Below, one piece after another: positions 8,888 to 17,626 of a stretch of 64,000 nucleotides of DNA (its first letter is position 1; each line of letters opens with the position of its first letter). Position numbers and translations under genes: made by a program. The notes under the pieces are model-generated. The model searched no databases. It saw nothing but the letters and a program-made list of their open reading frames with translations, and was not told the DNA's origin. The DNA is from a virus: IMG/VR virus record IMGVR_UViG_3300028920_000048; one strand, given 5' to 3'.

Positions 8888-10118
8888 GTGATTGGTTCTT
8901 TTCCTTTATCCCTGATGCACTCTGCACAGTCTTCCTCTGCACAACAACCTTCGGCCTTTTGGCAATCTCGACATTGCTCACAGGTGAAATCTCATAGTTT
9001 AAGTTGTCCATATAAAACTTCACCAAGCGACAGACATCATCCGCAGTGATCATGTCCATACACTTGGCAATTGTTTGGCCTGTCGAAAGTTTTACAGGGC
9101 ACAAACAAAGCTCCTCATCCTTGTGGTCACCATCCCCAAGTGACATAACACGTGACTTCCAGCAACCACCAAGGTCACAGCACGGAAGAAGCCCACACGT
9201 GTGAATGAACTGTTGATTCGGTCCCTGCTGCCAGTGATTCGGTTCACGACCTCCAGCAATAACAATACAAGCTCTTGAATGTCTCTGAAACCTTGGGTGC
9301 GGCGGAACGGCGTACGCCAGCATCATGGGCAAACTCACTGGAGTAATAACACCCCAAGAATTGTAGACTAAGCGAATGAGCTGCCGCAAATCGGTCTGAC
9401 CCACCATGTTGATCAAATTCTCACCCTTTAGCTCCGGGTGCACATGATTAGGATGATCAAGACCAATCTGAACGAACGTCAACTCAGGGAACCGATCTAT
9501 GATCTTTTGGTAGCGATCAAAAGCCCACTGTTTCGCCGTGTAGTCCGTTTTGTAACCAGCATCAATAATCCAGTATGGCACATTACGCTTGACCTTCTCA
9601 AAGACGGCGCTGTACCAGAAATGCTCCTGTTCCCTGATATAGATAAAGCTCTGAAAAAATGTCGGAACAATCGGAAGCCGAAGCTTGGTCTGAAGATCAA
9701 TCATCATGCCATTAAGGTAGTGGTACGGCTTCTGATTGCTCTGGTGGATTGTATCGTACGTCATGTCAATCACCATGTCAACATCCGACTCGTGAAGCGG
9801 AGTAATATACGGATTGCCCTCGAAGATAGCAGGACAAGTGGTCCTTACATCGGTCAAAAACCGACCCGGATATGTCTCGTGAAGAGACTTCAAAGCAAAT
9901 GCCATGATCACGACATCGCCAGGTGACTGAAAGTTCTTGAGAATCAACTTCGCTTGCCCCTCTGCCGAAACGCCGCCCCCGCTTGACTGGCTGAAAGAAC
10001 TTGCCTGACACACTGTTTGATCAACAACAGCGCCGTCTATGACGGGCTTGACCAAATGCCAACCACTCTGAGGCTTAAACTCCTCAACTTCCTTCGGGAC
10101 AATAACAAGTTTGCTCAC
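8820..10118 (-). CDS. GT9/ADP-heptose transferase-like glycosyltransferase with Cys-rich C-terminus
   Basis: QSPGDVVIMAFALKSLHETYPG, KQWAFDRYQ, NMVGQTDLRQLIRLV and VITPVSLPMMLA. Start reassigned to GTG 10118, which overlaps the upstream stop (GTGA). Confidence 0.8.
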   Translation of the reverse strand: MSKLVIVPKEVEEFKPQSGWHLVKPVIDGAVVDQTVCQASSFSQSSGGGVSAEGQAKLILKNFQSPGDVVIMAFALKSLHETYPGRFLTDVRTTCPAIFEGNPYITPLHESDVDMVIDMTYDTIHQSNQKPYHYLNGMMIDLQTKLRLPIVPTFFQSFIYIREQEHFWYSAVFEKVKRNVPYWIIDAGYKTDYTAKQWAFDRYQKIIDRFPELTFVQIGLDHPNHVHPELKGENLINMVGQTDLRQLIRLVYNSWGVITPVSLPMMLAYAVPPHPRFQRHSRACIVIAGGREPNHWQQGPNQQFIHTCGLLPCCDLGGCWKSRVMSLGDGDHKDEELCLCPVKLSTGQTIAKCMDMITADDVCRLVKFYMDNLNYEISPVSNVEIAKRPKVVVQRKTVQSASGIKEKNQSRGRKKKPRRRRKKNKGRRTKSR

Positions 10119-11176
10119 CGTTTGTACCCCCACGGGAGTCCATACGGGCACACAAAGTTGACACCTCCCTCGGTCGCAGGATAAAGCCTCAGAATGCCCT
10201 TCCGCCAGCCTATTCTGCGGCGATCCCTGCAAATCTGGCAACTCTTCCTCGCCTCGCATTCATCAGTGTCAAAAAAGGAATCAACAGCAACGGACTCGAC
10301 GGTCGTCTTGGGAACCTCTGGCATCTCAATTGGCACAGACTCGACTTTTTGAGCCGAGTCAACAGTCCTTTCATCTGGGTGTAAGACAGAAACCGGCTGA
10401 TCAGCGCTCAACTCATCCAGACCGGCTTCGGCATCCAGCCGACCTCCGATTTTCAACTTCTCGGACAAATCTAACAAATGATCGTATACAGCCAGGTCAT
10501 TCACATCTCCGCCCTTTTCGTTGCTTTGCTTATCTGACGGAGGCACCGCAAAAACAGCACCAAAAAGAGGTCCAACTGAAGCACGAACACTGTCCAAAGC
10601 ATCTACCATCTTCAAGCCGACAAAAGCTTCATTGAGCAAATCATGCTTCCTGGCCATAAGCATGAGCTTTTGAATGACGACTGGAACAGACTCGCCGCCT
10701 TTCTCTGGCGGAACCATAAGCTGAGCGTGCAAAGCTGCTCGAAGCAACTTGACGGCTTCCCTCGGCGAAGCCACAAGCACATATCGGTCAAAAACATCAC
10801 CAATATCAGCCGGACAAGCAACCTGAGCCCGTGGTCCGCCTCCGGCGATGAAACGATCCCCCAAGAGCTTCTTGCAGTGATCAATCAACGACTGACAATT
10901 GAAAAGCGGCTTACTGTTCCATCCCCCGCCCGCACAAGCATCACAAAAGCCTTCCTCGACCTTGACATCAAATCCTACCGCCCTTGACAACAGACCACAA
11001 TGCGTCGAACCGTTATGCCAACGACGAAGTACAAACCGACACTTGGCAGCCGGTCCAGCCCCGGAAGCAAACGGATTGTCCCCCGAAGGCTGGACCTTGT
11101 TGCCCTCGTTTCGCACCTGCTCACCAATCTTAGCAAGCATCTTCATCTTGTCCTCATTACCCTGATTTTCAGCCAT
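10115..11176 (-). CDS. Hypothetical protein with Cys-rich segments (possibly fibre-associated)
   Basis: 353-aa ORF with good RBS; C-terminal CEARKSCQIC...FVCPYG. Confidence 0.6.
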   Translation of the reverse strand: MAENQGNEDKMKMLAKIGEQVRNEGNKVQPSGDNPFASGAGPAAKCRFVLRRWHNGSTHCGLLSRAVGFDVKVEEGFCDACAGGGWNSKPLFNCQSLIDHCKKLLGDRFIAGGGPRAQVACPADIGDVFDRYVLVASPREAVKLLRAALHAQLMVPPEKGGESVPVVIQKLMLMARKHDLLNEAFVGLKMVDALDSVRASVGPLFGAVFAVPPSDKQSNEKGGDVNDLAVYDHLLDLSEKLKIGGRLDAEAGLDELSADQPVSVLHPDERTVDSAQKVESVPIEMPEVPKTTVESVAVDSFFDTDECEARKSCQICRDRRRIGWRKGILRLYPATEGGVNFVCPYGLPWGYKR

Positions 11177-12416
11177 TCCTAAAGTCTCCGTTCAGAATCT
11201 CATCAACAACCGATGTCAAGCCATACTTCTCGGCAATCGACATAACCTGACTCACTATTGTACCTATTTCGTGACCGCCATTCTCACCAGAGAGCTTCGA
11301 CTGCTCCACAAAAACATTCTTAAGAAATTTCGACGCAACTTCACTGCCCGAACGCTCCAAGTGCTGTCTAATCAATTCGTCCACTTCATCCCAATCAACT
11401 GGCACAACTATCCTTACGTCACGCACTAATGGAACCACAACATCCTTATTTCCGCCTTGAAAACTAGAACTAGAACTAGAACTAGAACTAGAACTAGAAC
11501 TAGAACTAGAACTAGAACTAGATGAGCCACAAGCCTTAACCGGTGGAACTACGGCTCCCTTACCTCCAGCACTAGAACAGGGACAATTAAAAGGACTACC
11601 TGGAAGACCGGGAGAACTAGAAGGACCAGAACAATCATCAATGCCTACACATTCTTCATTTGAGCGATCTAAATAGACATAAAAACAATATGGATCAGCA
11701 TAACTATAATAAAGCCATGTATTATAAGTTCTACTAGATTCTTCACAGACTAAATTACTATAATAGGGACCACCCCAACTATCTGTATCACAATCATAAG
11801 TTGCAGCCCATTCATAAACACATCGACCTGAAGGACAAGGACAAGCACTCGGGTCTGGATCAAGTGGCACAAAACTCGGAGTAGACGAACACTGAATGGC
11901 ACTCTCACATGGTTCACCGCAGTAATAATAATAGTATTCACAAGCACTTGACGAATAAACTGGGTCTAGCCAACCTTCAGAACTAACACAAGAATCACAG
12001 CCCTGAATTAACCAACCCACAGGTATAAAAGAACTCGTTTGACAATCATAAATTGTCAGATACTGCCAAATACACCGATTTTCAGCACTCTCTGAAGAAC
12101 TAGAACTAGATGAACTACATGAACATTCCAGATTTTGAACTCTTGTGTTAAAGTCAGTAAACGGCGTCAACGTAATACAGCTTCCATCATAATCAATATC
12201 TCCGCCATCACTGTTGATCGTGCAATCGTCTCCTTCAAGTGCTCGCAAATAACCAACCCAATTCTTAAATTTGCCATAAGCATCTGCGACACACTCACCA
12301 CCTGCAATAAACGCAAGATCAGAACTAATAGAACAACAACTACAAGAAGCTCTAAATGCCTCCAAATCTGAAAAATAGCCGTTAATCTGCGCTCTGTGAG
12401 TTTTAACACATCCCAT
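11169..12416 (-). CDS. Cys-rich, poly-Ser, low-GC protein (putative fibre or receptor-binding module)
   Basis: Two related Cys/Trp/Tyr-rich repeats (RCIWQYLTIYDCQT and RCVYEWAATYDCDT), a 22-Ser tract and AT-rich codons. Confidence 0.65.
   Translation of the reverse strand: MGCVKTHRAQINGYFSDLEAFRASCSCCSISSDLAFIAGGECVADAYGKFKNWVGYLRALEGDDCTINSDGGDIDYDGSCITLTPFTDFNTRVQNLECSCSSSSSSSSESAENRCIWQYLTIYDCQTSSFIPVGWLIQGCDSCVSSEGWLDPVYSSSACEYYYYYCGEPCESAIQCSSTPSFVPLDPDPSACPCPSGRCVYEWAATYDCDTDSWGGPYYSNLVCEESSRTYNTWLYYSYADPYCFYVYLDRSNEECVGIDDCSGPSSSPGLPGSPFNCPCSSAGGKGAVVPPVKACGSSSSSSSSSSSSSSSSSSSSSFQGGNKDVVVPLVRDVRIVVPVDWDEVDELIRQHLERSGSEVASKFLKNVFVEQSKLSGENGGHEIGTIVSQVMSIAEKYGLTSVVDEILNGDFRNG
11462..11521. 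repeat. (AACTAG)x10 hexamer microsatellite encoding poly-Ser
   Basis: Ten exact tandem copies read directly. Confidence 0.95.
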
Positions 12417-12431
12417 AATCTGTCACACTCA

Positions 12432-13718
12432 TCAGAACCGAGGACAATCAGTCGTGTAGGTTATCGTGATCGTCTTAGTTATAGCATCGTAGCTGCAATT
12501 GAGCGAAACAACAAATGAATCACCAGAACCGGCAGAAGACGAACCACTGCAATTGATAGCAACCACTCCACTGTCGCCATCATCCCCCTGATTCCCCTGT
12601 GGCCCTTGCGGACCCTGCCCCCCATCATTGCCCTGTGGTCCTTGATCCCCTTGTGGTCCTTGATCCCCTTGTGGTCCTTGATTCCCCTGTGGCCCTTGAC
12701 TCCCCTGTGGCCCTTGCGGTCCTTGTGGCCCTTGACTCCCCTGTGGCCCTTGCGGTCCTTGTGGCCCTTGACTCCCCTGTGGACCTTGCGGACCTTGTGG
12801 ACCTTGCGGTCCTTGTGGTCCTTGTGGACCTTGCGGACCTTGCGGACCTTGCGGACCTTGCGGACCTTGCGGACCCTGCGGACCTTGCGGACCTTGTACC
12901 CCCGAAGCCCCAGTCGGTCCAGTCGGTCCAGTCGGTGCTGTCGGTCCAGTCGGCCCGGTCGGCGCAGACGCCTGAAGATACCAACCATCCGTTACAATAC
13001 TCGGCCTAACATCTTCTTGATTGTCAACATTATCTTTTACATCATCTTGCCAAGGAACGTTTCTGACAATTATGGGTTTCTTGAAAACAGGAACCGCGTC
13101 ATACCGACTCAAATCGCCCTGCGAGTAACTCAGCAATCCTCCAGACACAAAGCCATTAACAATCTCACCAGTCGCATAACACAATACACGCTTCGCATCA
13201 TCAATAGCTTTCAACTCATAATCAATAATACCCAGAGGGTAAATTGATGACTCACTATAAGTAAAGCTCGTATAGTCCTTATTAACATTTGTCCAGAACC
13301 ACATTCCAATCTGATTGGACACAGGATCATATATGAGTCTTGGAGCATATACCTCACGAAGTGGCCTCATTGATAATGGTAGTGAACCACTCTGTGTTGT
13401 GGCATAACATACAGTCCTAACACCACCAATCACTTCACCATCAACGACTCGGGCATACGTCAAAATTCGATCACTTTGTGACGGCCTATACCCAGCCGCC
13501 ATACTGTACAGATGTTTACCGGCAGGAAGACCAGCTGGCCCCGTTACGCCAGTCGGAGCCGCCTCAACAATATCCATACCATTACCACTGATACTTCCAG
13601 AGGCGTTATTTGTAATGTACTCAGGCGCAAAACACAGCAGTTCCCGACTGCTGACCATAATAACTTCACAGTTTCTTTCGATATGAAAAAATGTAACTGG
13701 ATTAGTTGGTGCTGACAC
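12432..13718 (-). CDS. Collagen-like tail fibre protein
   Basis: APTGPTGPT segment followed by a long Gly-X-Y run dominated by GPQ; lies downstream of the tail-tip genes. Confidence 0.8.
   Translation of the reverse strand: MSAPTNPVTFFHIERNCEVIMVSSRELLCFAPEYITNNASGSISGNGMDIVEAAPTGVTGPAGLPAGKHLYSMAAGYRPSQSDRILTYARVVDGEVIGGVRTVCYATTQSGSLPLSMRPLREVYAPRLIYDPVSNQIGMWFWTNVNKDYTSFTYSESSIYPLGIIDYELKAIDDAKRVLCYATGEIVNGFVSGGLLSYSQGDLSRYDAVPVFKKPIIVRNVPWQDDVKDNVDNQEDVRPSIVTDGWYLQASAPTGPTGPTAPTGPTGPTGASGVQGPQGPQGPQGPQGPQGPQGPQGPQGPQGPQGPQGPQGPQGSQGPQGPQGPQGSQGPQGPQGPQGSQGPQGNQGPQGDQGPQGDQGPQGNDGGQGPQGPQGNQGDDGDSGVVAINCSGSSSAGSGDSFVVSLNCSYDAITKTITITYTTDCPRF
12570..12965 (-). repeat. 9-nt tandem repeats encoding (Gly-X-Y)n
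   Basis: GGTCCGCAA, GGGCCACAA and related units read directly. Confidence 0.9.
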
Positions 13719-13726
13719 AACAAGTC

Positions 13727-14803
13727 CTACCTACAAAAAATAACGATCCTGATCGGTATGCCAACCCCACCAGTGTTGTACACGATAGCCTTGTGAGCAG
13801 CATCAACGACTCCGTCATCGGAGTACCCGACGATAAACTCACCCGCTTCTCCGTCAACAGACTGTCCATTCACCGCCCTGCGCTGAACTTCGCACCACAT
13901 GATCTCAAACTTCGACTCGACCTCGACAGGCGTCCCGTCCTTGCCGTTCGTGAACGTGTCAATCGCCACAACACACTTTGCGATACCTTTTTGGTTAGAC
14001 TTTTCAACCAAAGCATTCTTGCTAACGACCAACTCGTTAATGGCTCCCACAAGCGTCTGATTCTTGGTCAAAAGACTCTCATCACCGTCACCTGACAACA
14101 ACACTTGCAACCGCTCATCGGCAAACCTAAGCTCACCATCCGAAGCTATCGTTGGTGCACCCACACCACGCCTATCTGAGATAAAAACTACAGGTCCATT
14201 TTCATCTTCGCCGTCAATGTCAAACCTTAAGCCCTTCCTCACCGTCATATAATCCTGAACTTGCTCGACGCCATGAGGATTGGTCCAATCACCGGCATGT
14301 AAAGCCATGTTGTTGCTATAGACCTTGCCATCAGGATAAATATCCAATTCAACACTGTCAGGATTACGAAGGTCCAACACTGCCAAATACAAGACCAAAC
14401 CACGCTTGTTGTCCATTGGACGACGTGCATTCAACTCACGAAAATGTGACGGGTCTTCAGGCAACTTGGAGTTCCACTGAATATAGAGATGATGTTCAAA
14501 ACCCGGTTTCAAACCGCTCCAAACACACTGACTACTCCTATATACGAAACAACCGTTTACAATGCCCATCAAGGCAGGAAGAGGACCAGTTCCGCCCAAC
14601 AAAACTTCATACAAGCCAGTTTCATTATCCTTAAAGACATCAAAACCGCCTTCCTCAATCACACAACATCGAACGCCATGCGTAGCAGCACGAAGTTGGT
14701 TTTCTATGATCAAAGCCTTCTTCCGCTCCGACTTCGACGTAATAATTTCTCCATCAGCCGGATACGGAATACCGAAAAACGGTGTTTTCTTCTTGTATGA
14801 CAT
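13727..14803 (-). CDS. Putative tail-tip or fibre-anchoring structural protein
   Basis: ATG 14803 with GGAG RBS; position between hub and collagen fibre; HxxDWTNPH motif typical of fibre bases. Confidence 0.5.
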   Translation of the reverse strand: MSYKKKTPFFGIPYPADGEIITSKSERKKALIIENQLRAATHGVRCCVIEEGGFDVFKDNETGLYEVLLGGTGPLPALMGIVNGCFVYRSSQCVWSGLKPGFEHHLYIQWNSKLPEDPSHFRELNARRPMDNKRGLVLYLAVLDLRNPDSVELDIYPDGKVYSNNMALHAGDWTNPHGVEQVQDYMTVRKGLRFDIDGEDENGPVVFISDRRGVGAPTIASDGELRFADERLQVLLSGDGDESLLTKNQTLVGAINELVVSKNALVEKSNQKGIAKCVVAIDTFTNGKDGTPVEVESKFEIMWCEVQRRAVNGQSVDGEAGEFIVGYSDDGVVDAAHKAIVYNTGGVGIPIRIVIFCR

Positions 14804-14808
14804 GATAT

Positions 14809-15027
14809 TCACTCCACCTTGCAGCGACCACCAACATGGCTCTCGCCGCAAACAAAAGAACCGCCAACATCCGACTTGTCTTCAACCACGATCTGATCTG
14901 CGGCACTGGTTGCCTTTACTTGAGAAAGCGTCTCGTGACCACGAATCGTTCCCTGCACAATCATTCGCTCGACCACGTTCATAAGAGGACCGAGCCCTGT
15001 TCTCGCAAACCCACTTCTCGACATCAC
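14809..15027 (-). CDS. Small hypothetical protein
   Basis: AAGGAG RBS directly after the upstream stop; fills the gap. Confidence 0.5.
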   Translation of the reverse strand: MMSRSGFARTGLGPLMNVVERMIVQGTIRGHETLSQVKATSAADQIVVEDKSDVGGSFVCGESHVGGRCKVE

Positions 15028-15036
15028 ATTCTCCTT

Positions 15037-17610
15037 CTAAACGACCGTATCGGCAAGTTCCAAATCAGTAGTCCAAGTTTTCGCCTGAAAGTCCAAATTG
15101 TGCGTAACGCTCACAATGGCTTGTGTGCCGGACCAACGATCGTACGGTTTGATTCTCGCATCTCCCCTGACCGTCGTCCTGCCTGAGAATCTGTAAATCG
15201 AAGAATCAATCCGCACCGCCTCTGCATAGTTCTGCATAATCGAACGACTAACAGCACCAGGAACCGCTTCAAGCTGAGGCCTCGACCACGGGATGTCCGG
15301 TGTCGTGCTCTGATTGATGGTCAAAATCTGAGGCTGAAGCGGCACTTTCAAGTCCGTCTCCGTTCCTCCAGTAACCTGCGAAAGACCAACAATCACAATC
15401 TCATTCCTGATATCATCAAAATCCGGCGTCCTGTCGATGGTCTGAATCTTCGAGTCAGGGTGCGAAAGCTGCCTTGCCGTATTGGCAGGATTGGACAGCC
15501 ATACCGGCATACCACTCGAATCCCTCTCGTAGAAGTAAATCCGACCGTCTCTGACCACGTAAGCGTGCTGAGCATAGCCCATGATCCCGTTAATGGCGTC
15601 CATAACACTCGTACCAGTCTTATAGTCCAGAACCGCAATCTCGATATCCTGAGAACTCGGCAAACGAAATGCTTCAGTTCCAGCATTCGGAGCGTAAGTG
15701 TAATCCGGCGTAATCCCGCCGTAACGACACAGGAAGTTCAAAGCATTCGCAAGCAAATAGCCATCAAAAAAAGGCGGTCTCACAAGCTTGATATCCTGCA
15801 TCTTCATTTCCAAGCCAACCAGCGGTATCGTCCAAACGTTGCTGTCAGCACTGTCTTGATCGGAAATACCCATTGCAAGACCTTGGAAAATCACTCCAGA
15901 AAAGGTCGACTCTCCGCCACTGGCAGAAATCGTTATAGCCCCTATGTCCTGTATAACACTGGCGTTGTAACCCGCCAAACCATACTTGTCGACCGTTATC
16001 GTCCCGCTCGAAGTCGAACCATTATCCGATATAGCGGTTGTCACCGACACAGACTGAATATACCTCGACCAACTCGCTGGAGTCGGGCCTCCAGGATCGC
16101 CTCCAACCCAGTCCAGAGCAAAACTCCCGTTGCCAGTCTTGCTCACGAAATCCCGCTCTTCCTCAGTGCGAAGAATATAGCCAAAAATTTCAGGACTGTA
16201 CCGATCCGCCTTCGGAGTCTCCAAAGACCAATTGATTACGGCGAACTTCCCACCCGGAGGAGCGTCCTTGCCGGTATCTGTCTCTATCGGAATAGCACCA
16301 GCCACAACCGGAAGACCATTATTAGTCCAAATAATGTAAGCATCATAACTATAAGTCGACTGGAACGTGTCCTCGTTAATCAGGAACCAAGTATCCCACT
16401 CAGCCGAAGGCCAGAAAAAACACGGCAAGTAAGCAAGCTCAACATGACAGTTGAGCGAACTGACTTGAACGTACGACCCGAAATCAACAATATTTCCAGC
16501 CGAAGGAACCAAAACATGAGCAGGACTGTCCAGATCAAAGTCCTCAACATATTGCGCAATGTCCAAGCCTTTCTTCTTCGGACAAAACTGACTTGAAACA
16601 TTCGTGACCAGTCCCGGAGTATCCTGAATGCCGCTCGCAATAACAATCCCGTTCCAGACAGGAAACGCAACGATCAAGAACGGAATCGTACCCGGCATCT
16701 TCTTACCTTGTGGCGGCTTCTCTTTAGACTGAGCATCGTTAAGCTGAACCTTTGTAGTCTGCCTGTCCGTGGATGGATCACCAGTGTTGGAGATCGTCAC
16801 ATCCAGCGCACCACCGTCCTGAAGCTTCATCACAATATCATCCCCAGCTTCGATGTACACTCGCCACGGGTTCTTCGCGGATTCCTCGGGAGGCGTACCA
16901 GACGGGAACGACGGAGTAACGTTCACCATTAGTGCAAACGCTCCGTTGCCGACCAGTTGACCATCCGATCCCGAACGCCAGTTGCCTTTCGGAACGTCAG
17001 CAATAGCGGGCTGAGATAAAAGAGCCCTTATGGTCGTCTGAGAAACACTATCATCCACATACGTTACCGAAGCGTATGACTCGCTCGTTTTCATGCTTCG
17101 CTTCAAAATTTGAGCAAGCTCGTCATCTCCCGCAGACGGAGCATTCAAAGTCCAATTAAAGCCATAGTACTGCGTCCCGTCCGTCGGGTGCCAAGTATAG
17201 GCAAAATACTTGCTCAGATTCGTCCAGCCATTCGCAATCAAGTATTGAGTTGGGATAATCAACTTTTGCAGAATCGACTTGCGGACACTCAAAACTGCCG
17301 ATGGGGCATACTGCAAACCTCCAGTTGTCCACGCTTCATCGGATATGAACTCACAAAGCGGCGAAGGAACGTCGGTATCAATAAGCAATGCAAAGAAGAA
17401 CGACCTCGATCCCTTATCACCCGGCTGAAAAACACTGGAACCGAAATCCAGAGCAATGTCACGCTCGCTGTCTCCGCCGTCCACAGTGGGTGGAGCATAG
17501 ATAAAAAATTCTTGCTCGTTGAAAATCACCCTTGTCCACAACACCCGAGTAATACTCGGGTCTGGCGGCGGGTCAATCGTATTACCTATTCCGACAGTCG
17601 GATTAGACAT
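15037..17610 (-). CDS. Tail tip or baseplate hub-like protein
   Basis: 857 aa immediately after the tape measure; C-terminal hub-like pattern (DIRNEIVIVG...GRTTVRGDARIKPYD...VTHNLDFQAKTWTTDLEL). Confidence 0.6.
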   Translation of the reverse strand: MSNPTVGIGNTIDPPPDPSITRVLWTRVIFNEQEFFIYAPPTVDGGDSERDIALDFGSSVFQPGDKGSRSFFFALLIDTDVPSPLCEFISDEAWTTGGLQYAPSAVLSVRKSILQKLIIPTQYLIANGWTNLSKYFAYTWHPTDGTQYYGFNWTLNAPSAGDDELAQILKRSMKTSESYASVTYVDDSVSQTTIRALLSQPAIADVPKGNWRSGSDGQLVGNGAFALMVNVTPSFPSGTPPEESAKNPWRVYIEAGDDIVMKLQDGGALDVTISNTGDPSTDRQTTKVQLNDAQSKEKPPQGKKMPGTIPFLIVAFPVWNGIVIASGIQDTPGLVTNVSSQFCPKKKGLDIAQYVEDFDLDSPAHVLVPSAGNIVDFGSYVQVSSLNCHVELAYLPCFFWPSAEWDTWFLINEDTFQSTYSYDAYIIWTNNGLPVVAGAIPIETDTGKDAPPGGKFAVINWSLETPKADRYSPEIFGYILRTEEERDFVSKTGNGSFALDWVGGDPGGPTPASWSRYIQSVSVTTAISDNGSTSSGTITVDKYGLAGYNASVIQDIGAITISASGGESTFSGVIFQGLAMGISDQDSADSNVWTIPLVGLEMKMQDIKLVRPPFFDGYLLANALNFLCRYGGITPDYTYAPNAGTEAFRLPSSQDIEIAVLDYKTGTSVMDAINGIMGYAQHAYVVRDGRIYFYERDSSGMPVWLSNPANTARQLSHPDSKIQTIDRTPDFDDIRNEIVIVGLSQVTGGTETDLKVPLQPQILTINQSTTPDIPWSRPQLEAVPGAVSRSIMQNYAEAVRIDSSIYRFSGRTTVRGDARIKPYDRWSGTQAIVSVTHNLDFQAKTWTTDLELADTVV

Positions 17611-17626
17611 CCTCTCCTACCTTATA

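Noticed and set aside
11169-13718. Diversity-generating retroelement target
   Set aside because: No template/variable repeat pair differing at adenines and no reverse transcriptase in the window.
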